Of a stretch of 56,787 bases of DNA, positions 48,367-56,787 are shown piece by piece. Location: positions 1-56,787 of the forward strand of contig JASGMG010000001.1 of NCBI GenBank assembly GCA_030156575.1. The letters run 5' to 3'. Each line of letters begins with the position of its first letter. Position 1 is the first letter of the stretch. The notes under the pieces are model-generated. The model was not told where the DNA came from. It made no database searches and saw nothing but the letters and a program-made list of their open reading frames with translations. Source of the DNA: Patescibacteria group bacterium (lineage in GTDB: Bacteria; Patescibacteriota; Saccharimonadia; Saccharimonadales; Saccharimonadaceae). The translations under genes and the position numbers were made by a program.

Positions 48367-49413
48367 TTACCAGTCTGTTGGTGGTGTCGATATTGTGTGG
48401 CTTTGGTTGTCGTCGACAACTCCGCCAACAGCTTCTTCTACCGCTGCCTCGTGAGCTACGGTATTTTCGGCTGCTGCGGCTTCGGCATCGGCTGCTGCTG
48501 CAGCTGCGTCTGCTTCTGGATTGTTTTGCAATCCATTCGAGACAGACGCACCATCTTCAGTGGATACTGTATGTTCAATTACATCGTCTTTTTTCCAGTC
48601 GTCAACCGCGGGGTTGACGACTGTACTTTCAGACGAATTTTTGGGTGTCAGGGGGGTGTCGGGGGTCGGAGTCGGGATTGGGGGATTATCGGTCTTACCC
48701 GGAGGTAAGTTAGATGATCCTCTTGTCACAATGTTTCCACATCGTGCCATTACCCAGAAAGTACTTCCGTCGTCAAGTGTAACCTCTATGGCGGTTCTGT
48801 CTCCGCCAATTTGACCATCAGACGATACTACCGTGTCGTTTTCGACACCTGTATTTGTTCCGTCTTCAGGTGCTTGTCCTACTTTAAATCTGGCAGTTGC
48901 AAGTTCAGTTCGTAGCTCTGCTACCAGAGCTACAGTGTCTAAAGTCGCCATGTCGTTTTCATCGAACATTTTTGTCCGATCTACATCTCTCTTCAGGATT
49001 GACTTAGTCGCTCCTGATAAAAGTACAGGGTCTGTCTTTACTCTTTCAAGCCAAACAGAAGCAGCATCTCGGGCTTCTTCGGGTGTTTTAGCCGCATAAA
49101 TTTCGGCCAATCCATCGCCAAACCACCGATTATTTGCATAATCAGATAGTTTGATGTGCCAGGTTTTGCCACTAACAACTGATGTTTCTGGGGTAGACGT
49201 GGAAACAAAATTTAGATAATTATAGCTAGCAATTACAGCTATTGAGATTATTAAAATAATCGCAATAACATGTTTTTGACAATAAGCTCTGATTGAGTCG
49301 AGCTTAGTGCGAATTGCTATTTCATTATCTCCCGGTCTATAATTCTTTTTGGCTTGCGCCATTGCCATTTCTTTTTTCCTCTTCTCGAGGAGATTGTCTT
49401 CATACTTTTTCAT
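48367..49413 (-). CDS. Hypothetical bitopic membrane protein with Pro-rich and Ala/acidic C-terminal region
   Basis: Single TM near aa 49-66, WVMARCGN motif, PTPTP linker, poly-Ala; SD AAGGAG; visibly more GC-rich than neighbours. Confidence 0.8.
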   Translation of the reverse strand: MKKYEDNLLEKRKKEMAMAQAKKNYRPGDNEIAIRTKLDSIRAYCQKHVIAIILIISIAVIASYNYLNFVSTSTPETSVVSGKTWHIKLSDYANNRWFGDGLAEIYAAKTPEEARDAASVWLERVKTDPVLLSGATKSILKRDVDRTKMFDENDMATLDTVALVAELRTELATARFKVGQAPEDGTNTGVENDTVVSSDGQIGGDRTAIEVTLDDGSTFWVMARCGNIVTRGSSNLPPGKTDNPPIPTPTPDTPLTPKNSSESTVVNPAVDDWKKDDVIEHTVSTEDGASVSNGLQNNPEADAAAAAADAEAAAAENTVAHEAAVEEAVGGVVDDNQSHTISTPPTDW

Positions 49414-49590
49414 TTCTTTCTCTCCTTTCTATCTTTTTATTTTTTGGAACAATTTATATAAAAGCGTTATACGCATTAAAAAATTAAGCTACCCAATAAA
49501 TAAATTTAAATATCAGGAGCAGCCGTCAGCTAACCTAAAATAGGCGAGCTAGCGTGCCACTTCTGAACAGAGAAGAAGATATGAAAAATC

Positions 49591-49647
49591 GAATTTACCT
49601 GTACAAATACATATCTTTACAGACATGCACTGTAATGATCTGATTTG
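49591..49647. repeat. Right arm of segmented long-range inverted repeat
   Basis: GAATTTACCTGT-N19-GACATGCAC-TGTAATGATCTGATTTG; complementary to 48196-48250. Confidence 0.9.
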
Positions 49648-49700
49648 TTAACGATCCTCCGCTATCTCGGGTCCTCACACCTTGGACAACTGATAACCCA

Positions 49701-49729
49701 AATGTATCACAAAATAGATAAAATGTCAA
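49701..49729 (-). promoter_or_regulatory. Sigma70-type promoter for the 348-aa/500-aa transcript
   Basis: Minus strand TTGACA-N17-TACATT with extended TG; implies a leader of about 280 nt. Confidence 0.65.
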
Positions 49730-49865
49730 TATATAGCATAATAAGTTTAGTATAAACGCAAGCGCTTTTAGTCAATTATGTCGGGTATCTTACGACTAAA
49801 GGCTAATAACTACTAGTCAAAAGGTATTTTTTTTGTTACAATCATCTGGAAATTGCAACTATTTT

Positions 49866-49940
49866 GGTCTCATCGTCTAATGGTTAGGACACCAGGTTTT
49901 CATCCTGGCAATCCGGGTTCAATTCCCGGTGAGATCACCA
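49866..49940 (+). tRNA. tRNA-Glu(TTC)
   Basis: GGTCTCA...CCAGG-TTTTCAT-CCTGG...TGAGATCACCA. Confidence 0.95.
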
Positions 49941-50031
49941 AATTAAGGAACTCATCTGTTGATGAGATTTTCTTTTTTCTAAACATTATTTCATAATAGC
50001 CTTTCAAAATAACTATGTTACAATGTTAATT

Positions 50032-51444
50032 ATGAGTGTTATCTTTAAACGAACGAAAATATTGGCGACATTGGGGCCAAAAACCAATTCCAGTGAAATG
50101 ATTGAGAAGTTGTTAGTTGCTGGTGTAAATGGTCTTCGTATGAATTTTAGCCATGGAAATTATGAAGAACGTGACAAACAAATTGAGTGGATTCGTAATG
50201 CTACTAAAAAGACAGGCAAACCAGTTGCTATTTTTCAAGACTTACAAGGTCCAAAAATTCGCTTAGGTAATCTAAAGCAAGATATGGAAGTTAAAGTAGG
50301 TGATGAGCTAATTCTTGATTTTGAGTCCGAGCATAACGGATTTACAATTCCAATCCAATACAATCTAGCCGAAAAAGTTAAATTAGGTGAAAAGATCTAT
50401 ATCTTTGATGGTACGGTCCGTACGTCTGTAATTGAGATTACTAGTGCAACTGCGATAAAAGTGCGAGTTGAAAATAACGGTATCTTAATGAGTCGCAAGG
50501 GTATTAATTTACCAGATACTGATTTTGGTGGTGATATTTTAACACCAAAAGATTTGGCAGATATTGAATTTGGTTCAACACGAGACATAGATTATGTAGC
50601 TCTTAGTTTTATCCAGAGTGCAGAAGATATTGATAACTTACGTCAAATACTATTATCTTATGGCTCAGATGCCCAAATTATAGCTAAAGTAGAAACAAAA
50701 GCCGCAGTGGTTGACGAAACGCTTGAGGCTATCGTTAAAGCAAGCGATGGAGTTATGGTAGCTCGTGGAGACCTTGCGATAGAGGCAGGTGCCGAAATTG
50801 TACCAATTGTCCAACGTCGAATTATTGAATTATGTCGAAAACATGGAAAACTTAGTATTGTTGCTACTCAAATGATGGCGAGTATGGTTGATGCACCAGA
50901 ACCTTCACGAGCAGAAGTCAGTGACGTATCTAATGCTGTAGTTCAAGGTGCCGATACTGTAATGCTTTCAGATGAGACAGCTAATGGTAGTTATGCTATC
51001 GAAACTGTTATGGCTATGAAAAAGGTGATTATTTACACTCAAGATCATGAGCCGGTTCAATCTGTTAGACCTAATATCGTACAAAAAGAGAAACGACGAG
51101 ATTCAATTAGTTCTGCTGCTGTGCATCTAGCTGAAAAATTAGGTGCTATTGCAATTGTTGTTGAAACTAAATCTGGTGCAACAGCTGCAAATATTGCAAA
51201 GCATCGTCCAAATTTGCCGATAATTAGCGTATCCAGTGAGATTAGAACTGCTCAGCAATTATCTTTAAGTTATGCAAATCGAAGTTATGTTCGTCCAGAT
51301 AGCGATAATGCTGGTTATGATATTGCCATGGAATTAAAAGAGCAAGGATATTTCGGTAAAGATCCTGTGACGGTTGTGATTGTTAGTGGTCAACACCCTG
51401 GTGTAGCTGACACTACTAACACAATTAAAGTGCAAAAGCTTTAA
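50032..51444 (+). CDS. pyk: Pyruvate kinase
   Basis: TKILATLGP, RMNFSHG, DLQGPKIR, AKVE, MVARGDL, ATQM, MLSDETA; start likely 50032. Confidence 0.97.
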   Translation: MSVIFKRTKILATLGPKTNSSEMIEKLLVAGVNGLRMNFSHGNYEERDKQIEWIRNATKKTGKPVAIFQDLQGPKIRLGNLKQDMEVKVGDELILDFESEHNGFTIPIQYNLAEKVKLGEKIYIFDGTVRTSVIEITSATAIKVRVENNGILMSRKGINLPDTDFGGDILTPKDLADIEFGSTRDIDYVALSFIQSAEDIDNLRQILLSYGSDAQIIAKVETKAAVVDETLEAIVKASDGVMVARGDLAIEAGAEIVPIVQRRIIELCRKHGKLSIVATQMMASMVDAPEPSRAEVSDVSNAVVQGADTVMLSDETANGSYAIETVMAMKKVIIYTQDHEPVQSVRPNIVQKEKRRDSISSAAVHLAEKLGAIAIVVETKSGATAANIAKHRPNLPIISVSSEIRTAQQLSLSYANRSYVRPDSDNAGYDIAMELKEQGYFGKDPVTVVIVSGQHPGVADTTNTIKVQKL

Positions 51445-51530
51445 TATTCACAATATTTTAAAAAGCTCACTAGACGTTAGAGCTTAATTAGAGTAAACTA
51501 AAAAATAATAAACATAAACGATATATTTGA

Positions 51531-52319
51531 ATGACAAACGACAAAAAGAAAATTATCATTGGCAATTGGAAAATGAATCTTAATATGCAAGATGCTAGTT
51601 TATACTTGCAACGGCTGTCAGAACTTATAAAAATTCGTCGTGATGTTGAGGTTATATTAGCGCCAACTACTTTAACTTTGCAATCATTAAGTTTACAAGT
51701 AAATTTACGACAGTTTAAATTAGCATCTCAAAATTTTTATTGGCGCGATCATGGTTCTTATACTGGTGAAGTGTCAGCAACTCAATTACGTGGTATTGTT
51801 CAGTATGGACTAGTTGGTCATTCAGAACGCCGGCATATTTTTTGTGAAAGTGATAAAGATATTTGTAACAAAGTTGCAGCTGCTATCCGTAATCATATTA
51901 GACCAGTTTTGTGTATTGGTGAAACTGCATGGGAACGTTCAAACGGTGAAACATACGATATTCTGCAAGACCAGTTAATTGGCGGTTTAGCTAATATAAC
52001 TAGTGATGAGTTGAGTCAGGTAGTAATTGCATACGAACCAGTGTGGGCTGTTGGTACAGGACAAAACGCTTTACCAACTTATGTTAGCGCTGCTGCTAAA
52101 GCCATCAGAGGTCAAATTGAGCATCTATATGGTTCAGCCGCCGCTAAGTCTATTCAAGTATTATATGGCGGTAGTGTAACGATAGACAGCGCAGCTGACT
52201 ATTTATCATTACCAGAGTTAGATGGTTTATTAATTGGAGGGGCAAGTTTAAATGCCCATTCATTTAGTGAAATAATAAAAAAGGCACATAAGGGTTCGTC
52301 AACAGGCGAAAAAGATTAG
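51531..52319 (+). CDS. tpiA: Triosephosphate isomerase
   Basis: GNWKMN, GHSERR, AYEPVWA.GTG, YGGSV, LIGGAS. Confidence 0.98.
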   Translation: MTNDKKKIIIGNWKMNLNMQDASLYLQRLSELIKIRRDVEVILAPTTLTLQSLSLQVNLRQFKLASQNFYWRDHGSYTGEVSATQLRGIVQYGLVGHSERRHIFCESDKDICNKVAAAIRNHIRPVLCIGETAWERSNGETYDILQDQLIGGLANITSDELSQVVIAYEPVWAVGTGQNALPTYVSAAAKAIRGQIEHLYGSAAAKSIQVLYGGSVTIDSAADYLSLPELDGLLIGGASLNAHSFSEIIKKAHKGSSTGEKD

Positions 52320-52329
52320 GGGTGGATAA

Positions 52330-53388
52330 GTGAAGGATCTTGATTTCGATGAACTAGACAAGGCTGTGAATTCGTTAGTTACTAACGACTCTGGCTCTAC
52401 TAATGGTAATAATACTAGAAAAAAAACGTTCGATGTTAGTGCTAGACCTTCACGAACTCCAATTAATAGTCATTTTTCATCGTCTACACCTCCTAGTAGG
52501 CCTAATATTAGCCCTATAGCAAATAATACACCCGTTAGCCCATTAGGTCCTTCATTGGCTGGTAGACGAAGTACGGGACGTTTTATGGATGTAGTTCATC
52601 CATCCTCTGACATGAGAACATCTTTGGTTATGCCAAATAGAGTGTCTGGTGAAGATTCAGCTCCTAAGCCTACGCCAATGACATCATCAATCTCAAGTGC
52701 CGTAAAACCAAATACTACATCAATGGATGATGTTTGGCCTGATCCAATTAGTCTTAACGACAATAATCCTAATAATCAACCAAAATTAGAGGCCGAAGAT
52801 AGTTATGATGACGCCGATATTGACAAGATTAGTGATGATATAGATAACACGTTAGATCAAATAGCTAATGAGCCTCAAGAATCGCCATTTTTATCTGGTA
52901 CAAAAGTAGAGAAACGACCGCTTGGTGCATTCTCAACTGAGCAAGTTGCGACAGCCTCCAATCCTGTACTTCCAGAATCTAAAGAACCTCCAGTAGCTAA
53001 TAAATCAACCGGAGACAGGCCTGTTCCGTATGGTCTTGCTGATGATGAAGCTCCACTTCAGGATGAACTGCAAGATGAATTATTGTTAATTGAGTCGGGC
53101 GGTGTAGCTGGTTCTGATCAGGAATCGTCAGATACTGTTGTAAATAAATCGGCAGATACTCCGAAAGTAGAGGCACCAACATCTATTTCTCAACAATACA
53201 AAGAGAAACCAAGTACAGGTGATCATGATTCTGCCGCAATTTATGATATAAATACTTATCATAAAGCTATCATAAAACCTACTAAGAAAAAATCTGGTTG
53301 GCTTTTAGTCCTCTGGATATTTATACTGTTAATCGTTGGTGCTGGTGCTGGTGCGGTTGTTTACTTGTGGGTATTACCACTTTTATAG
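52330..53388 (+). CDS. Low-complexity Pro/Ser/Asp-rich protein with C-terminal TM anchor
   Basis: Disorder-like composition; KKK then hydrophobic C-terminus; GTG start after GGGGTGG. Confidence 0.75.
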   Translation: MKDLDFDELDKAVNSLVTNDSGSTNGNNTRKKTFDVSARPSRTPINSHFSSSTPPSRPNISPIANNTPVSPLGPSLAGRRSTGRFMDVVHPSSDMRTSLVMPNRVSGEDSAPKPTPMTSSISSAVKPNTTSMDDVWPDPISLNDNNPNNQPKLEAEDSYDDADIDKISDDIDNTLDQIANEPQESPFLSGTKVEKRPLGAFSTEQVATASNPVLPESKEPPVANKSTGDRPVPYGLADDEAPLQDELQDELLLIESGGVAGSDQESSDTVVNKSADTPKVEAPTSISQQYKEKPSTGDHDSAAIYDINTYHKAIIKPTKKKSGWLLVLWIFILLIVGAGAGAVVYLWVLPLL

Positions 53389-53414
53389 CTTGTTATAGTC
53401 TATAATAGATATTA

Positions 53415-56400
53415 ATGAATTTATTCGATGGCTTAAACTCGGCACAAATCGAAGCTGTGCAAACAACTTCTGGTCCACTTCTAATTCTGGCTGGAGCAGG
53501 TAGTGGTAAAACAAAGACATTAACACATAGAATCGCATACCTTATATCGCATGAGGTGATTTTTCCTAATGAAATTTTGGCTGTAACTTTTACTAATAAG
53601 GCGGCTCGTGAAATGCGTGATAGGTTGGGTGTTTTATTAGACCAAAATAGCAATAACCGTAATTTTATGCCTTGGATGGGGACTTTTCATGGTATTTGTG
53701 TAAGAATGCTCAGGCTTGACGGTGAGGCGATTGGAATCTCTAAAAATTTTGTTATTTATGATGAAGACGATAGGCAGGGATTGATTAAACAAGCTATGAA
53801 GCAGCTGTCAATCAGTGATGGAGAGATAAAAGCTAAAGCTGCTAGCGGTATAATATCGAGCTCTAAAAATGAGATGGTTAGCCCCGAGGATTACGAATCA
53901 ATTGCCCAATTACCTTATCAGAAAAACATTTCTAAAATATATAAGAAATATGAAGAACTTCGTAAGGCTGCAAAAGCACTTGATTTTGATGATTTATTGC
54001 TTGAAACTGTTCGTTTATTAAAGGATAAATCTGAAATTCGCAAAAAATGGCAAAAGAATTTCAAACATATCTTAATTGACGAATATCAGGATACTAACGC
54101 CGCTCAATATACGATTGTCAAATTATTAGTCAATGACCAACATAATATTTGTGTTGTTGGCGATGACTGGCAGTGTCTGGTTAAGGGGAGTCTTGTCGAG
54201 ACGCCTGTTGGGTTGAAAAAGATCGAAACTATAGAAAAAGGGGATATGGTTCGTTCGGCAAGTGGTTATGGATCTACCGGATATTTCAAGGTTCTAGATC
54301 GCAAGGAGTTCAATTTTAAAGAAGAAACGATAACCATTAAAACTGTTTCTGGAAGATCAATAACGTCTACTCCTAATCATTTATTTTTTGCTAAATGGGA
54401 TAAAACAACCGACTTATTTGTGTGTTTAATGTATTCACGAGTCAAGGGTTATAGAATTAGTATTCTAAAAGGTACAGAATTTGATGGCATGAAATTGAAA
54501 GTTCAAGCAAAACAGGAACAAGCAGATAGAACTTGGGTATTAAAGGTCTGCAGCGATCGACAAGAAGCGATGTATTATGAAGCGTTGTTTTCTTATAAAT
54601 ATGGTATACCGATGACGCCATTTAACACATCTAGTAATTTAACATCACATTTAAGCCAGTCCTATATTGATACTTTATATAAATCAGTTGACACAAAAGA
54701 GCGAGCAGAATCCTTAATGGGTGATTTTAAAATTATGTTTGATTATCCGCATTTCTTTTCGCAGGCAACTACCAGAGACTGTCTAAAACATGTTAACTTG
54801 AATGTTGTTTTGTTTGGTGATAAGCGTATTACAACTGCAAATCTATGGTCGGCTAGTAAATTATCTATCAATACAACAGATTCAAAGGATATGACTATTT
54901 TTGAGAATTTGGGCTATTCTGTCGAACCCGGTAGGGCAGGCACTCTTAAATCAGAGATTCATAACCTTGATTATGGAAAGATAGAGCAAGCTTTGCAAGA
55001 AATACAGTCAGTCACTGACAGTGATATGTTGTGTATACAAAAATATGGTTTTTTCACGAAGGATGATTCTTTTTTGTTTATGTCTGCTTCGCAAATACAT
55101 CCAGGTATGTTGCTGCCTGTTTTGGATGGTGATGAATTAATTCCGGATAAGGTAATAAGCGTTACAAAAGATGATTATAATGATAGTGTTTATGATTTAG
55201 ATATTGAAAAAGTACATAATTATATTGCAGACGGGGTAGCTGTTCATAACTCAATTTACTCATGGAGGGGTGCTGATTTTACTAACATTCTAAACTTTGA
55301 ACGAGATTTTAAAGGCACTAAAGTTATTAAATTAGAACAAAATTATCGTAGCACTGGAAATATTTTAGATGCCGCTAATAATGTAATAACTAAGAATGTT
55401 CAGCGTACTGATAAAAAGTTATGGACAGCTACTGGCCCTGGCAACCCTGTACAAGTACATTCGTTGTATGATGAAACAGAAGAAGCTAGTATGGTTGCCG
55501 AGCGGATTGCAACTCAGGTTAGAACAGGTGCTAGAAAGTATAAAGATTTTGCAATTTTATACCGTACCAATGCACAAAGTTATACTTTAGAACGCGCTTT
55601 CTTACGATTGCGAGTACCATATAAGATTGTTGGTGGTATTAGGTTTTATGATCGTAAAGAAATTAAAGACATTATTGCTTATTTGAGGTTGATTTATCAG
55701 CCACAAGATCGTATGAGTTTCAGTCGAATTGCCAATGTTCCAACTAGAGGTGTTGGCGCTATGAGTCTTGAGAAATTCTTAGTTTGGCAATCTGAAAGCG
55801 ATATGGATATTTTAACAGCTCTTAAGAATGTTGATCAGACTAGCACAATTACAACTAGGGCTAAGCTTGCTCTGTTTGATTTGGGTGAAAAATTACAAGA
55901 AGTTCATTCAATGGTCGAGACATCTAGTCCAACTGAATTAATTGAAAAGATTTTATTATTGACTAAATATAGAGACTTTATAATGGATGGTACCCCGCAA
56001 GCAGAAGAACGAGATGCTAACATTGGGTCATTATTATCTGATTCACAAAGTTTCTTGTCATTACCTGAGTTTCTAGAAGAGGTTGCTTTAATGTCGAGCG
56101 CTGATGTTAGTAATGATGATGAAAAGGTAACACTTATGACTTTACACGCCGCAAAAGGCCTTGAATTTCCTGTTGTATTTATTGTCGGCGTTGAAGAAGG
56201 AATATTACCTCATGCTAGGGTTTATGAAGCTGGCTTAGCTGAGTTAGAAGAAGAACGACGATTAGTATACGTTGGCATGACTCGTGCCTGTGAAGAGCTT
56301 TATATGACATGTGCTGAAAATCGTTTACAGTTTGGTCAACGTGGTTGTAATCCGATCTCACGATTTATTGCAGATATGGGTGATCAAATAACAATGTTTT

Positions 56401-56600
56401 CATCAGTAAGTCAATTCCAAACAGTTCATAAGCAGGAATTCTTTAGTGATGAGTTATTTAGTGTTGGTGAGAATGTTCGCTCATCGGCATTTGGCACCGG
56501 TCAAATAATCGAAGTTGATGGGTTAGCTGTGACAATTAAATTTGATGATGGATGCACTAAGAAGCTTAATGCTGAGTATGCTCATTTAGAGAAGATATAA
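53415..56600 (+). CDS. pcrA: UvrD/PcrA superfamily 1 DNA helicase containing an intein
   Basis: AGAGSGKT, TFTNKAA, DEYQD, GDDWQ|SIYSWRGA, QNYRS, HAAKGLEF, EERRLVYVGMTRA. Confidence 0.95.
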   Translation: MNLFDGLNSAQIEAVQTTSGPLLILAGAGSGKTKTLTHRIAYLISHEVIFPNEILAVTFTNKAAREMRDRLGVLLDQNSNNRNFMPWMGTFHGICVRMLRLDGEAIGISKNFVIYDEDDRQGLIKQAMKQLSISDGEIKAKAASGIISSSKNEMVSPEDYESIAQLPYQKNISKIYKKYEELRKAAKALDFDDLLLETVRLLKDKSEIRKKWQKNFKHILIDEYQDTNAAQYTIVKLLVNDQHNICVVGDDWQCLVKGSLVETPVGLKKIETIEKGDMVRSASGYGSTGYFKVLDRKEFNFKEETITIKTVSGRSITSTPNHLFFAKWDKTTDLFVCLMYSRVKGYRISILKGTEFDGMKLKVQAKQEQADRTWVLKVCSDRQEAMYYEALFSYKYGIPMTPFNTSSNLTSHLSQSYIDTLYKSVDTKERAESLMGDFKIMFDYPHFFSQATTRDCLKHVNLNVVLFGDKRITTANLWSASKLSINTTDSKDMTIFENLGYSVEPGRAGTLKSEIHNLDYGKIEQALQEIQSVTDSDMLCIQKYGFFTKDDSFLFMSASQIHPGMLLPVLDGDELIPDKVISVTKDDYNDSVYDLDIEKVHNYIADGVAVHNSIYSWRGADFTNILNFERDFKGTKVIKLEQNYRSTGNILDAANNVITKNVQRTDKKLWTATGPGNPVQVHSLYDETEEASMVAERIATQVRTGARKYKDFAILYRTNAQSYTLERAFLRLRVPYKIVGGIRFYDRKEIKDIIAYLRLIYQPQDRMSFSRIANVPTRGVGAMSLEKFLVWQSESDMDILTALKNVDQTSTITTRAKLALFDLGEKLQEVHSMVETSSPTELIEKILLLTKYRDFIMDGTPQAEERDANIGSLLSDSQSFLSLPEFLEEVALMSSADVSNDDEKVTLMTLHAAKGLEFPVVFIVGVEEGILPHARVYEAGLAELEEERRLVYVGMTRACEELYMTCAENRLQFGQRGCNPISRFIADMGDQITMFSSVSQFQTVHKQEFFSDELFSVGENVRSSAFGTGQIIEVDGLAVTIKFDDGCTKKLNAEYAHLEKI
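54174..55250 (+). mobile_element. Intein (359 aa) inserted in helicase motif III
   Basis: Starts CLVKG, block B TPNH, block F VYDLDIEKVHNYIADG, ends VHN before Ser; removal restores GDDWQSIYSWRGA. Confidence 0.95.
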
Positions 56601-56652
56601 GATATTCACTTAGCTTGAGTATCTAATCAAACTTATGCTAATATTATAAATA

Positions 56653-56733
56653 ATGCAAACAATTAATTCCAAGCTTAATTACTCATTGTCTCAAGCCTTC
56701 ACAATAGTCGAACTCCTAGACCTCATATATTAA
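56653..56733 (+). pseudogene. Truncated prepilin N-terminus
   Basis: MQTINSKLNYSLSQA|FTIVELL then DLIY-stop; TGcTAATAT 8 nt before ATG. Confidence 0.6.
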
Positions 56734-56787
56734 ATCAACTATTTTTAACACTGTATTCTTAATCTTTCATACTAACAAGCAATGGGT

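Noticed and set aside
48357..49543. Several plus-strand ORFs antisense to the 348-aa gene
   Set aside because: Shadow ORFs of a GC-richer gene, with no start signals or motifs
48196..49647. The two arms as transposon terminal repeats or two copies of a riboswitch
   Set aside because: No transposase or evident target duplication; each arm alone folds poorly and matches no riboswitch I recognise
16097..49940. Prophage or integrative element at one of the seven tRNAs
   Set aside because: No integrase or phage genes, and no duplicated tRNA 3' end seen by eye
1262..55590. Short ORFs overlapping recA, pilM, the P-type ATPase, murT, murA, murB, xfp, folD, pyk and pcrA
   Set aside because: Antisense or out-of-frame shadows of well-supported genes
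1..56787. CRISPR array or rRNA gene
   Set aside because: No regularly spaced direct repeats and no rRNA-like sequence; all intergenic gaps are short

Overview
AT-rich bacterial chromosome segment. The gene content (type IV pilus genes, many prepilin-like genes, MurT/GatD, short TsaB, phosphoketolase, monocistronic tRNAs) points to Candidatus Saccharibacteria (TM7, Patescibacteria/CPR); this assignment is inferred, not searched. The window holds recA/recX, a pilB-pilC-pilMNO cluster, tsaE/tsaB, rny, cell-wall genes (murT, gatD, HTH-murA, murB, uppP), carbon and one-carbon genes (xfp, pyk, tpiA, glyA, folD), seven tRNAs, three gene remnants and an intein-containing pcrA/uvrD. No integrase, transposase, rRNA or CRISPR array was seen. 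Main observations: (1) a candidate signal synthesis/sensing module at 42.5-46.3 kb made of an atypical SpeD-family decarboxylase, a coupled LuxI/FeeM-like N-acyltransferase, a multi-TM GAF histidine kinase and a divergent receiver; (2) a membrane-protein gene at 48.4-49.4 kb bracketed by a segmented long-range inverted repeat and two boxA-like motifs, resembling the leader/spacer scaffold of an rRNA operon; (3) widespread -10 hexamers 5-9 nt before ATG, suggesting leaderless mRNAs; (4) an operator-like palindrome in the HTH-murA promoter; (5) an intein with a possible degenerate GIY-YIG-like core. All protein calls come from motif recognition by eye.
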